Positions 1 to 13,678 of a DNA stretch of 64,000 nt are shown here, in pieces. Both the position numbers and the translations under genes were made by a program. The notes under the pieces are model-generated. The model was given only the letters and a program-made list of their open reading frames with translations, was not told the DNA's origin and did not search any database. Each line of letters starts with the position of its first letter. Position 1 is the stretch's first letter. Origin of the DNA: Takakia lepidozioides (lineage: Eukaryota; Plantae; Bryophyta); assembly GCA_030704615.1 (NCBI GenBank), contig CM060731.1, positions 14,260,001 through 14,324,000 on the forward strand, in the 5' to 3' direction.

Positions 1-318
1 GGCATTTGTGCTAGCATTTTCAGGTCAAGCTTCCCTCACCTTAGAGGGTTATAACCCCAAAACTTTCTTCAGCAGTGTTACTAGCGCCAGTTTCTGTAAA
101 ATTGACAGCACCCATACAAATAGGAGCCATGACATCTTCCTTTTGAATCCCATATATGGCATAGGTCTTCTTCTGAAAATCGGGATCCCAGACAACATGT
201 AACGTATACTTGTTGATTCCATGCAAACATTGTCTTTTACATAGTACCCTTCGATTTTTCTTGGCAAGTTAGATCATATGAATGGTGCGTTGTTCTCAAT
301 TACAGGCAAAACTTGCAT

Positions 319-457
319 TGTTAGAATTGAGCAAGAACATGAATAAGAACTAAAGTCTTAGACTAAAGCTAAAACTAAAGCTCTCCTCCCAACCATAGAA
401 ACCATCATCATACTCTTACCCTTAGCCTAGTGGCTTCATCCCCGAGCTTGTACAAGA
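319..457 (-). repeat. Truncated 3' LTR of the Copia element
   Basis: 139 bp matching 4278-4416 with 5 substitutions, then an abrupt switch into RNase H coding sequence. Confidence 0.93.
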
Positions 458-1918
458 GACATGTACTCAACTTCTGTTGATAACAACGCTGTTGCAACTT
501 GTCGTTTGCTAGACCAAGATACAGCTCCACCTGCTAGGAGAAAACAATGGCCTGAAGTTGATTTTCTACTATAAAAAAACGTCTCCTGCCCAGTCAGCAT
601 CAGCAAACCCCAACAAACTTGGATCTTCCACTCTCTTGTAGAGTAGACCAGAGGTTGATGTTCCTCTTAGATATCAAAATATCCTCTTCACTGCTTTCCA
701 ATGGGTTTGTCCGGGATTTGAAAGAAATTGTGAGACCACTCCCACTGAATGTGCAATGTCTGGCCTAGTACAAACCATGCAATACATCAAACTGTTGACT
801 GCGCTTTGATAAGGAGTTTTCCTCATATCCTCTTGCTCTTCTTGAGTTTTAGGTGCCATATCCTTCGTAAGTTTCAAACCAACTTCGAGAGGAGTTGATG
901 TTGGCTTACTCATCTCCAACTTAAACCTTTGTAGAATTGTCTCAATATATTGTCGTTGATGTATGAATACTGAATGGTTCACTCGATCTCTGCTGATTTG
1001 AATACCAAGACAGAACCGAATCTCACCCATGTCAGTCATGGCAAACTCAGCACTCAACAGTGCTTTGGATTCTGGCAACAACCTTTGATGATCGTTGGTG
1101 ACAATGATTGTGTCATCCACAAATAGAGCTATGACCACAAATTGCTCTCCCATCTTTTTCACATAGACGTTTGTGTCAGCAATGCTTCGCTCAAATCTTG
1201 TCTTTAAGAGGTAAGCATCGATCCTAGCATACCAAGCTCGAGGACTTTGTTTGAGTCCATACAAACTCTTTTGCAGCTTACACACAATATCACTTTCTCC
1301 TTGTACAAATTCTTCAGGTTGTCTCATGTAGATCTCTTCTTGTAGTTCTCCATTCAGGAATGCGGTCTTAACATCCATTTGATGAACTTCGTGATCATGT
1401 TGAGCTGCAAGAGCTAACAACACTCTAATAGAAGAAATCTTCACCACTGGTGAGAAGGTTTCATTGTAATCCACTCCTTGAATTTGTGCATAGCCTTTAG
1501 CTACAAGACGAGCTTTGTACCGGTAAATAGATCCATCAGCTTTGTACTTCAACTTGAAGATCCACTTGCAACCAATAGCTCTTCGTCCTACAGGCAACCT
1601 AGTGAGTGTCCATGCTTTGTTTTGCATCAATGAATCCAACTCTGAGTTGATTGCTTCTTCCCATTGTAGTTTGTCTGGAGAGCACATCGCTTCCTCATAT
1701 GTAGCAGGCTCAACCACTTGTGATGCTTCTTCCATAGCTTCAATGGCACTCATAGATGTAATCAGCCTACTAGGAGCTTTTCTTTCCCGCTGAGATCTCC
1801 TTAGAATTGGCACATCTTCAACTTCATCTCTAGAGTCCATATTAACAAGTGATTCACCAACTTCGACTCCTTGATCAACTCCATCAAGTTGAACACCTCC
1901 ATCATTTGCTTCAATCAT
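458..1918 (-). pseudogene. Copia reverse transcriptase and start of RNase H (disrupted)
   Basis: RYKARLVAKG, QMDVKTAFLNG, LYGLKQSPRAW, LFVDD, TRPDIA motifs. Stop at 674, then decayed RNase H (GFADA..., STEVEYM). Confidence 0.92.
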
Positions 1919-2152
1919 CTCTTGTATTGGCTCCTCATAAGACTCCTCTTGGAAATGGTGTTATGGCTCTAAGCTCATTCCTATGTCATCTTCTCCCACT
2001 ACCAAAGAGGGTATGAAGCCTTCATCAAACACTACGTCCCTACTGTGTTTGACAACCTTAGTTGTCTTATTGAACAACTTATATCCCTTCACACCTTCTG
2101 TGTAGCCAATGAAGATGCATCCTTCTGATTTGGAGTCAAGTTTCCTTCGCTT

Positions 2153-4216
2153 CTAAGTAGGGATATGGACATATGCACAACATCCAAAAATCCTACAGTG
2201 AGCCATACTAGGCTTCTGACCACTCCATACCTCTTCTGGTGTTTTTCCCAACACTGATTTGGTAGGTATTATGTTGTGAAGATATGTTTCAGTGCCAACA
2301 GCTTCTGACCAAAAATGATTTGAAAGATTCACTTCTTTCAACATACTCCTTGCAGATTCTTGTAGTGATCTATTCATCCACTCAGCTACATCATTATGCT
2401 CAGGTGTATATGGAACAGTAAGCTGTCGAGCTATTCCATTCTCTTGACAAAATTGATTGAAAGCCTTTGAGATGTACTCACCACCATTGTCAGATCTCAA
2501 AATCTTAAGAGGCTTTCCAGTTTGTTTTTCTACAAGTACTTTGAACTCCTTGAATTTCTCTAGCACTTGACTTTTCTGCCTTAGGAAATTCACCACAACC
2601 CTCTTTGACAAATCATCAATGAATGTCACAAAGTACCTTGCTCCTCCAAGTGATGTGGTTTGCATTGGCCCGCACACATCAGAATGTACAAACTCCAATA
2701 TACTTGTGGCTCTTCGTCCACCATCCTTAGGAAATTGACCTCGATGTTGCTTCCCTTCCAAGCAACCTTTGCATAAACGCATATCGCTCATCTCCTTCAA
2801 TGGTAGTCCTTCCACAAGATGGCTTGAGAGTTGCATCTGTCTCAACTTCTTAATACTCACATGACCTAACCTTCTATGCCACAACTTTGTTTCTGACATG
2901 ACAGGTGTAGATCCCAGCTGTGGTGAAAATGTAGTAAGAGCACTAGAGACATGATGTTGTAATCTATACAAGCAATTATCAAGAATAGCTTTTGCTACCA
3001 CAGCTCCTGAGCTATTTGTGATAGTACAACTCTCATCTTGGAATACCACTCTGTATCCCTTTGCAACAATTTGTCTTACAGACAGTAGGTTCTTTGTTAA
3101 AGTAGGGACATGTAGGACATTTTCCACCTCTATGGTTTCCCTTTCATTGAGCATAAGAGAGACTGAGCCTTCCTCACCAATGACATGTTTGCTATCATCT
3201 CCCAAAAGAACATATTGTGTAGGTGAAAGAGATCTATAGGATAAGAAATGCTCTCTATCTGAACTCATATGTTGAGATGCTCCTGAATCAACATACCACA
3301 CATGCTTCTGTCTAGTAGTGGTTGAGAGAGACACAACAAATAGAATAACATTCATCTGATGAGTAGCTATGTTCCCTTCACTCTCTCTGTTGCACTCATC
3401 TACAATGCGCTTTCTACAATCATTGATCATGTGACCAAGTCTCTTGCAATAAAAGCACCTCACTTTGGCTTTTTTGATCTTTGAGCTAGATTGAGGTTTC
3501 TGAAACCTCTGGGACTTCTGAGACATATGTGAAGCGAGTCTTCTATTCAAGACCACTCCAGTCTTGCCTGTGAACAAAGCTCTGTCTACCTCTGTAGATG
3601 TACCTTGACCTTTTCTTCTTGTTTCCTCCTTGAGGAGAAGTCCTATGACAACATCAATAGTTAAGTTGGTTTGTCCTGCTAGAGACACCACAAAACCATC
3701 ATAGGATTCAAGTAAGGTTGCCAATAACACCACTGCGGCGTGTTCATCAGTCACATTAGTTCCCACAGAGACTAGTTGATCTCGCAACACACAAAACAAA
3801 TTCAAGTATTGTTCAACTGAGTCTGACTCGGTCATCTTTAGACCATAGAACTTTTGCGTCGCATACACTTGCGATGTGACATCTTTCGTCTCATATATGC
3901 TTGCTAGCTTGTCCCAAACATCATTAGCATTCTTAGCACTTATAATGAGATGCAACTGATTGTCTCTCAAGCTTGTGATGATGCTAGCTCTTGTCTTCTG
4001 ATCTTTCCTATCCCATATGGCTTGGCCAACAATAGTGTCAGGTCTTGGGACTGATCCATCAACCACTCCCCATAGATCTTTGTCTAGAAGGACCATCTCC
4101 ATCCTAAACTTCCAGGTTTGATAGTTAGCTCCATTGAATCGATCTTCCACTCTCACATCTAATGCACTCGTTATAGACATATAAGGAGGATTGCTAGAAG
4201 ACGACGCTCCAGCCAT
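2153..4216 (-). pseudogene. Copia gag-protease-integrase portion of the polyprotein (ends at a premature stop)
   Basis: CFYCKRLGHMINDC zinc knuckle, WYVDSGASQHM protease, WHRRLGH...C..C GAG-pre-integrase, HSDVCGP / RSDNGGEY integrase core. Confidence 0.93.
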
Positions 4217-4277
4217 AATCAAGTTCTTTCAATCTCAACTACCAACTCTCACCTAGAGAAGAATGGCTCTGATACCA

Positions 4278-4584
4278 TGTTAGAATTGAGCAAGAACATG
4301 AACAAGAACTAAAGTCTTAGACTAAAGCTAAAACTAAAGCTCTCCTCCCAACCATAGAAGCCACCATCATACTCTTACCCTTAGACTAGTGGCTTCACCC
4401 CCGAGCTTGTACAAGAAGGTCTCTAGAAAGTCCTACTTGGTCACTTCCACTTCCACTATGGTGATCATCCACCTTCTAGCCATTCACCTTCCAAAGGTGA
4501 GTTAAACAGGATAGTCTCTTAGACTTCTAAACCTTTGGCCTTCAAGACTTTTAGTCTTCTAGAAATGTAAAATTTCTTCCAACA
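4278..4584 (-). repeat. 5' LTR of the Copia element (307 bp)
   Basis: TG...CA termini, abuts PBS (TGGTATCAGAGCCA on minus strand) and TSD TGCAT. Confidence 0.93.
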
Positions 4585-5990
4585 TGCATATTGTGGCAAT
4601 ACAGTTTTGGAATTGATAGTCACCTGTATCTGTTCAACTCAACTCTCATGCGTCCCGGTTGAGACTTGAGATATTCCAAATGTCCATTTGTAACAATGTC
4701 TGTTTGGAATACTTACGGACATAGTAGATATTATGAGCTTAGGATAACTTCAAGCAATCTACATTTGGGGGCTATTTCAATAAGTGGAAATGTTGTTTCC
4801 AGCACTTAAAACTGTGCAACTGCTGAGAAGCCTGTTCTTCTTAGTCTTCGGAGTTACTTAGTTACTTGATGCGTAGATCTCACGCGGCAAGATTTGGGTC
4901 CCCTAGTCCCCTGTGATGCTCAATTTAATTGTTTTGCTTTCCCGACGATCAAGTGGTAATAATAGCTTCCTTACTTGCTCAAACTCTTCGTGAAGTAGCA
5001 GGTGGCATTTCGAGATGGATTGGCTAATATAGGCGTGAAAGCCAACGCAACACATGGAGTCCATGTGGCAACTCATCCCGAACAAACTGTGGGTAATCAG
5101 CCTACAAGATCTGTACATCTAATTCTTAGCAACTGCATGGAAAGGCCAAAGAAGAATGCCCCTCAGAGTAGACGTCTTTCAAAGAAGAAGCAAGAAGACC
5201 ATAGAGGAATGCCTCTGCTTTACTTGCCATGAGAAAGGTCATAGCCAACACGTCCACTTATGGCTCCCCGCACATCTTTTCTTGTCACAGTTCTGTTCTT
5301 GTCACATCTTTTTCTATCTTAGATAACCACATCTTTCCTCCTATAGTACTCCATCTATTAATTCTCCCTTTATATCTTTACCTCAAATCATATTAGGTTC
5401 AAAAACCCTAGAGACGTTATAATCGCAGTGCTACTAGAGCCAGGAACAAGAATCTTACATAGAGTATGACTTTTGGACATGTTCTGTTGATCTTTGTATG
5501 ATTCAAAAACAATACTGCCGATGGGTTTTCGCTGTGACACCCTAATAAGCCGTGTTTATTGCTTAACTCCTTCATCGCAGGGAAGCAGCACCTACAAAGC
5601 TCAAGCTTGCCGATGGTCCACCATCGTTTCCGCCATTGATCACTCCTGGACCCACTAGTGAGAAATTGTTGAGATCCTTGGACTCGAGCCAATATATGCA
5701 GTTGAAGCCTGCTGTGGCAGGCCACGCGTTTGGTTCGTCCAAGAAACTGCGATGAGGGGGACTCAAATGGTTCCTTTGGTCCTTACCGTCCTCGGAAGCT
5801 GAAATTTCTCTATTGTTGAATTGTTCCCTCCACCTGTTCATCAGTACAGCGGTATTCAAGATCGATATGTCGACGTCCTACATCAAAGATCGGAAGAACC
5901 ATGAGCTAGCATCATGGAAATTCCTAGCTAGAAAGAACGCTCCTGCTGGGAGGCAAGGCACTGATCACCTACGCACCATGATGTATATAC

Positions 5991-6834
5991 CAGTGTTGGG
6001 CGGTTCTTGCATTTGTGAAGGAACCTTCGGTTCCGGTTCCAAAATTATTTCAAGAGACGGTTCCGGATCCGGTTCCGGTTTTTTTTTATTGAGCCGGTTC
6101 CGGTCCGGTTCCGGATCCAACTTTTAAACATGGGGGCGGTTCCGATTACCGGTTAGTTGCTGATAAAAACCATCGGTTCCGGTTAGGTTCCGGTTCTATT
6201 TTAAAAATATATTTGTTTAATTTAATTAGATTTAAAATATTTTATCAGTCCGGTAGATTAAATAGCAGTGTATTCACATATTTGAACTAAAATCCAACGA
6301 TTTTGTTAGTTTTCACTAACACAAAAAAACAAACAAAAATACTCTAAATAAACTGGTAGAAGAAAATGGGTAAAATTTTATGGGTTGAAAGTACTATTCA
6401 GCTACCTGGCAAGTATTGGCATCTTCAAACATTTTATTAATGAACTTAGCCAGGATATCATGGAGCTGGAGATTGAACCCAAGATCTCATGGCGCTGAAG
6501 CATTGAACATAGAATCTCATGGCCTTCAAGCATTGAACCCAGGATCTCAGGAGCTTAAGAGCATTAAATAAGTTTTTCCCTGGGCCCACCAGCCCCACGA
6601 AGGGGTCAAGAACCAAGAACCGGAACCAGAACCGCTTTGGAGCTGGAACCGCCGGTTCCCACACATGTGGTCGTAGCTGGAACCGCCGGTTCCGGTTCCC
6701 ACACAATCCCCAATGAGCGGTTCCGGTTCCGGTTCCGGTTCCGCACAGGCGGGTCCGGTTCCGGTCCGGTTCCACATAACCGGAACCGGAACCAGCGGTT
6801 ACCCGGGGCCCAGGTGGGTAACCGCCCAACACTG
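5991..6834. mobile_element. Non-autonomous hAT element (MITE-like, 844 bp)
   Basis: 15-bp TIR CAGTGTTGGGCGGTT / AACCGCCCAACACTG. 8-bp TSD GTATATAC at 5983-5990 and 6835-6842. Dense subterminal CCGGTT/CCGGAA repeats and an AT-rich core. Confidence 0.93.
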
Positions 6835-8715
6835 GTATATACCACACCCCTCCTTTGCGCGCTAGATGGCGGCATCCTTTTACGTACCTTCAGAAGATGA
6901 TTGGAGGCACAAGGCCCAGAAAATGTGGAGGGCCTGAGGAGCACCTTAGATCCGGATGGCACCTACACCGTGGAGCTGCCGAATGCCAATTACACGCCTA
7001 ATTCTTCTGGACATGCTTTTCGCAATGCCTATCCGCATCACTCGATCCATCAAATTCCAATTTTAAAGCAAGTCCTCTTTCTGAAGCAATTCTACTTCCC
7101 AGTGCTATCGGAACAAGTCCTAACAATGAAGTCATGAATCATGATCTGATCGTGCCATTTTTGCAGTAGCCCGAAAGATGTTTTCAGTTTTAGAAAAAGT
7201 ATACCCACCTGAACCGCCCAATTTAATTTCATTCAAGCTTCTTGTGGTCTTAACATTCAAAAAACAAGAAAACGGCCTCCCGTCACTCCAGTTGAAAACT
7301 GTGTTCAAGGTCCACTTTTCTGCACTACCTATGCTTGACCTTTAGACTAGATTGAGGCCGGGCGAAACTGCTAGATGTACAGAATTTCCTCATTCGAAAA
7401 CTGGGTTTCTGGACAAGTTGTGCACAAAATTAATGCATTTGTCATTTGCTATTTGTTCATCTCTGGAACAATTCGTTTAGGTCCTATCTCAGATCCTCGT
7501 GCATTGTTCCTAGCTTTGATCTGCGCTATCTAATTATATGTTACACTATATGATTTAAAAAAGTAAGATTTCGTAGACACACGTACCTGTGTACTATCAT
7601 CAAACCTGCCATCTCCTTTCGCCCCTTTTGACATGACAGTGAAAATTCTAATACTACTTTGTCCGTTCTGCTCATGAAATCTCTTGAATTTTTAACGTGG
7701 TTCTGTAAGGTTCCATAGCTCAACGTAAACATATGTGGCATGTGACTGAGGAAGCTTCGATACTTCTGCACCTTGGCAGTAAGTTAGTGTTGAGGTAAGA
7801 ATGAGAACTCGGATGAAGTGTTTGCAGGCACCACCCAGCGGATCAGGTCTCGCATTCCACCATCTAGCATACCGCACATATTTGCAGAGGACTCTGGTAA
7901 GCATGGCTTGGACTTGGAAGTTGGAATACTAGTGCCTGCAGTCTGCGCCTTACAGTGAGTCCATCTCAGCCATTTCAAAATGCATTAGCGAATCGTATAA
8001 TGTTATGTAGACAGGGCATATGATGTGTAGATGAGTATCATCTGTCTGGGAATAATCGCATTCACGTGCGCTGCATCTCGTACTGCCCCTCAGTGCAGTT
8101 TGACATCTACTGCGACTTACCTTGCACTTCTCGCGCTTGAAAATGGGGTGTCAATGGCAAGTGGCCATCCATCAATTGGACTGGTGTGCTCACCTGGAAC
8201 CGTGGGTAAACAACAACAATATAGTGTGCCACTTCGTATCTTCACCCTACAGCTCCTTTTGGAAAGCCAAGTAACTTATAAGCGTTGTATCAACTATAGA
8301 GACAAACAAGAGGCTCGAGCTGGGGTAAAAATGATAATTGTCCATGATGGCTTCAGTTAGACAGCAACAGATTAGTCAGCTGGAACTCAATATCTGAGAT
8401 TTCATGTCGAATCATCCCTCCGGCGATCAGGAAAGGCAAGCTGAGTAGATCTCTCTACTAAGTTCGTGAAATGTTCCGCAAGAAATATTAATGAAGTCTC
8501 TACCTGTGGATAAGAGTTTGAGACCCATGTTGTGAGAACTCTAGTTGGACTGCTGGAAGGTAGCAATTACATAACATGAAAGCTAAAGAATTTGACTGAG
8601 GGAGCATGTCCTTGGCTAGACTATTTCAGACAAAACTGTTCAAACTGGCTGACTAATCGCTTCACTGGCCTCTGCAATGAGAGCAAATTCTAAGCATGAT
8701 AAAAATTTCAGCACT

Positions 8716-11700
8716 TCAGTATGGTAGCAATAACATGCCAACTAAAATGGCTGTACATGGGACACTGAAATTGTCATCGAGGTGAAGTGGCAGAGATTCG
8801 ACAATCGTAGCAGAAAGTGACACCCCTAATGTTCCAAGAATCGTTCTCCAAGTCACCTCAAAGTAACCAAATGCTGAAAAATATGCCAGATATCTGCACA
8901 CACACAAGTTTGATTCAACAACTCGAGAATGTTGGAGCAAAAAACACATAGAGTGGTATCTTTTCATCCCAGAGAAAGAACGAAGAAAGCTGATGCAAGA
9001 GTGAGTAATGTTCTTGGACATTTGAACATAATTGTCACTGCCTGTCCTTCACCCCAGCAACCCCTTCTTGCTAAACTGACAGTATTCTTTTTAACTTACC
9101 CAATTGACGCTATAGAAGCCAGAACAAAGAAGGCAAGTGACCCCATCCATGACTTGCTCCTGTTGTAGGGAAGCTTCACTGTCCCGTATTTTCTACCCAA
9201 GATATCTGCAAAACCTGCAACAAACAATCTGTATGCCTCAGTGGTGGATTGTTGGAAAACCTTTGGAATGGAAAATTTCAAAAGTTTACATACTCTCCAA
9301 AAACTTGACTTAGGGTTCCTAGCTCAGGACAGTCACTCTTGCTCCTGGTCTCTGAGTGAAACAAAGAGTAAGTTTGTCATGGCTTAAACATACCATCTCC
9401 TGCACACAAATTTGCTATTGTAACAGCACCAATGGGTGAATTGCGCCAAAAGCAGAGTGTGACAATTGCTATGCTTATTGCATAATAGAGTGGCCCCTGC
9501 AGCAACTCCCTGTCAACAAAGTACTGTTCAGTTAGAATGAAGACAAAGAGGTCATCTGGAGCAAACCCACTAAGGAAAATTTAAAAAGACTTATGAGGTC
9601 GCAGAGAAGGTCATTTTCTACACTTATGTTTGCCAGATGTAAATGCCCTGAAGGGCAATGCTGACATGATTTGAGGGAGTATGCATTACTTCAGCTGAAA
9701 ACAGTGTAGATGGAAGTGGCTACAGCTTACCTCTGGCTGCCTTCCCTGCTCACGGCCTTCACAAGAGCTTCATTTCGCCATAGTCCCAGCCCCAAGCAAA
9801 GCATACGCACCCCATTGACCGCAGGAGCAAATGCTGCCATATACTTTGCTTGCGGGGCCATGCTGCAAAATCGACAACGATATAAACCCAGATCCTACTT
9901 CTTGCCTCCGCCTTAGGGGACCCAGTAACAACCCCAATACCTGAACACCAAATGAGGAGAGAATATGACTAAAATACTTCATACATTTCTATATGCTAAA
10001 AGACATTAGCATTTATGATGATTAGAGGATGTGGTTGATCACATTGCCTCATCATAGATTCTGTAGGGGAGTGTTCAATCATAGCTTAGGCAGTAGATCA
10101 GACAGCACTTTCTCACCCATCCTTTTGAGGTTGTTTTGAGTGGCTGCTTGAAGATGTGGAAGCCATCAGCCTTTGTGATGGAAGCTAGGCGAAACTATCG
10201 TCCTTGCACTGGTGTTCCTTAGTGACTTTATCAGTCACAGGGACAGCTGGGAAAGTCTATGATTCTCCCTCCACCAACCTGAAGCTGCCACTGGAGGTCC
10301 AAATTCGAAAAGTTCTTGAGACAGGCAGGGATGTGAATGTCTACATTTTGATGCTGCAGGGGATTAATTCATCATGATAATGTCTACCTTACTCCAGGTC
10401 CTTCATGAGCCTCAGAGCCTGGGTCTGATGTCAGGGAGGGCAACTCCAAGGCATAGACGTAGTCTAGCCCGGAGCCACACAGCTCCATGCCCTTGAGACT
10501 TCCATGCCGAGCTGGTGAAGTACAAAACAAGATTGGTAACTCTGCCACATGGATGCAAGACCAACCTATCAAAGAGCCCACGTTGCCAGGTGGACTTTCA
10601 AGTCTCTGAACATCTCAAAGTGCACACCACAAGAAGCACAAGCCTCCTCTGAGCTTCTTCTGGGCTTTGATGAACAAATGGGACTCATGGACCACCTACA
10701 GGGGCTTCTCCTTCTGAACATTGGCTGAAGTAACTTAAAAGTAGAATTCCCACCACTTAAAGTCAGTTAACCCTGCAGGGAAACAGGGAACCCGAGCTGT
10801 GGGGAAAATATGCCATGGTTCAGGTGCAATCTGAAGATAGACTTCAGTTTTACAGGCGGGTCCTACAAATGGAAAGAGAAACAAGGAACAAGAAAAAAAT
10901 GGTCTAAATCCAACTCTTTCATATGGAGATATTCTCCAGATTGAGGCTCACGGAGTGAGCGATGGTGCACGCATGATCTCTCTCTCTCCCTTGCACTCTC
11001 CCTGCTGCGTAGGAGGAATTTACAGTTGAAGACCTCAAAATAGATAGTCGCTTTTCCAAAATGAAATGTGTACCTGAAGAGAGGCCAGAATAGCATGAAC
11101 ACCAGACCCGACAAAATGTGCACCAACTTTCGGCTCAATTTCTGCACCCCACCAAGCCTCCCTTCTTAATCTCCGTCTGCTGCTGTAAGTACGGAGTGAC
11201 GGCAGAGAGCCCGGCAAGCCCGTCACAAACTATCAAATTTTGCGAATTCCTCACTCGAGGCAACAACTCCGGAACTCCGGTAGAGAGACAGCACCTTGTC
11301 AAGCACATTCCGCTTGGCCAGCTCGTCAAAAAACTGCAAAATCCCAAGTGCTCCAGCCAGGGTGATGCTGGCCGCCACAAAGTCCACCATGGGGAGCGAT
11401 TGAGTGGTAGTGACAGAGGTTGTGAGACCCGGTGTCATTAATGCGCAGTTGCACAGCAATCTAGCTGGGAAGCTGTTTGCTTGCTTGGAATGGAAACCTT
11501 GGGAGTGAGCTTCCGATTTCTGCAAGCACAAACGCGAACAGAAATCTTTGAGAGACACAAATCTGGCGAAAGATTCAGTGATGATAGGCATTCGAACAGG
11601 AGCGTGGGGAAGGTTGAAGGTGATGGGGTGTCCTCTGTGGGGCCCGTGTGGGATAATGTCCAAATGGGTTTCGGGTGTTCCTATCTGCTTGTCAGCAGGG

Positions 11701-12080
11701 TAAGAAGTTGGTCCAGACTCCTGAAGAAGCTCGCAACAGTCATGAGAGTGTGGGTGTTGAGAACATTTAACTGGAGAAAAGATCGGTTTCTCAGACAAGA
11801 ATTTTAAGCTCCCTAAGCATCCGGTTGAGATATGTGGGTTTCGTGAGGAAGAATCCCTCCAGCGTGAAACAATGCCAGCCACCACCACTGGAGACTGCGA
11901 TCGCCTCAAAAAACACAGACCCTGTCCGAAGCAGAGAGGAGGTTGCACGCAGATTCTAGTGGAGTAGAAACTGCTCGACCTGGAGCTGGAGTATAACAGA
12001 ATCGTCTCACCGCTCTCTGCACTGGGCTGCAACACGGACCCAACAATCTGTCTTTGGCATTCTAATGAGGCAAGAGCCAT
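8716..12080 (-). CDS. Phytol kinase / farnesol kinase (VTE5/FOLK family), 6 exons, long N-terminal extension
   Basis: Exons 11295-12080, 11074-11141, 9731-9862, 9394-9509, 9100-9214, 8716-8893, all GT-AG and in frame. Motifs KLSRKLVHILSG, RELLQGPLYY, NLCAGDGFADILGRKYG..KLPYN..KSW.GS, VESLP..LDDNFSVP. Start ATG is uncertain. Confidence 0.9.
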
Positions 12081-13678
12081 GTGGTGTTGTACAGAACCTG
12101 GACCTTTTGCAGAGCTCTGTGCAGGAGACGGAGTATTAATGGCTGCCTGCTTACAAGGGAGGAATACCCTCGCAGACAGACTCTGGAGAAGAACCTGACA
12201 ATCCTTCAAAGACCACACGCTTGAGAGGCTCTTCCCACTGGTGACCACAAGTCACCTCTCTACGTCAACCGGTGGTCACCAGTTACCGTCATTAAAGAAA
12301 CCAACTACATCGAGTACTAAGGCGGGGCCTTATCGAGGAACTAATTAAGCGGCCAATGCTCCTGAGAATTCTCATAGCCGTTGATATTTCAGGAATCGAG
12401 AGTGGACAATGGATGTTGCGATGAGCAATGGGTTCATTTTATTTTTGGAAGGGTTGACCTACTACTGCATGCCTCGTACGTCCCGGCTTTTCACTCTAAT
12501 TTAATTTAGTTCTTTATTTTGTCACTAATCTTTTGTAAGAGACTGTGTGAAAAAGAAAGTATCTCACCCTCCCGCCTTGCGAAAGAAGCGTAAGTTACTG
12601 AGTGTGTGATGCTTGTTTTGCTTTTGATTATCTGGTTTTAACACTTTGATGGTACAATGTTGTATTAGAGCTCTGATGTCAGTAGAAACAAAGAAAAAGA
12701 GGAGTCTGCTGTCTTTCATCACAGTGTACAAATGAGGGATGCTTCTATAATTCTATCATAGTTAAGGGGGTTTGACATTTGCCGCATACACACAGATGAG
12801 TGATGGGTGGTTAATTTCCTGCAAACTGCTTAGTGCATCTGCATTATTAGTGAGAGATGATTCAGCTTGGGGCAATCTGTTCATTGCAAGCTGAATACAA
12901 AAGTGAAGCTTAGTGGAATGTCTGTATAGTCAATGGGGGTTTGTTTGGGATGAGAGAAAGACATATGTAGGATGTGGTTATGATTGTGTGTTCCTGGTTA
13001 AACTTCCAAGATGGATTTCACTGGATATCTGGCTGGGCGCATCTACATTGCATGTAGATAGGCTGATTTGTTGGATAATTAGAGCTAGGGTACTTGTATC
13101 TGAAAGGGGAGAGAAGGTTTGAGAAAAGAGAGAGCTGCACAGCAAAAGGGTGTGCGTGACTAGTGATGCATTTGTATTAAGGTTGTGTAAAATTATGAAC
13201 AAGAGAGGTTTCTTATTCCCATTCATGTCTTCCCTTCCGCTGCGGCGTGGATGAGGACACATGAACTCTGATCATGAACAGTACATAGGGAATTAAATAG
13301 GGGTCGGTTTTTGGATAACAAGTTGCTGCTACACTAGAAGAGACAAAATTAAAATTATCCATAAGGGGATTTATGCCCCTTCTTTTCACACTACAGAGGA
13401 GATAGATATCTTGTTTGGTCAATTTGGCATCTTCGAGTGCTGAGATAACGCATTGTATTTGTCTGGTGGTGATGCGTGTGCCCTGAAGCCTTCTTGAGGG
13501 TCACTAAGTATGTGGTGTTGTATCTTCATTCTATATCAAAGAATGCTCTAACTTACTCTGACACTGCAGCGGCAAGAAGAGACAGATTACATAGTAGCGG
13601 CGAGAGAGAAACAGACTCCTAGAAGCATTCCTAAATGTACAGATGTAATCTAGTGACGCGGGGAAGTTTGAAAGTATG

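Larger units (their letters stand above)
319..4584 (-). mobile_element. Ty1/Copia LTR retrotransposon, internally deleted (RNase H C-terminal part, PPT and inner part of 3' LTR missing)
   Basis: 5-bp TSD TGCAT at 314-318 and 4585-4589. Full LTR 4278-4584 (TGTT...AACA) and partial LTR copy 319-457. PBS complementary to initiator Met tRNA at 4264-4277. Domain order gag-PR-IN-RT-RH on the minus strand. Confidence 0.96.

Noticed and set aside
4900-5540. Possible solo LTR ending in TGTGACA
   Set aside because: No matching 5' TG boundary or TSD could be identified.
6458-6962. Overlapping ORFs with GSGSG / RNRNRN / EPEPEP repeats
   Set aside because: They are translations of the hAT subterminal CCGGTT repeats.
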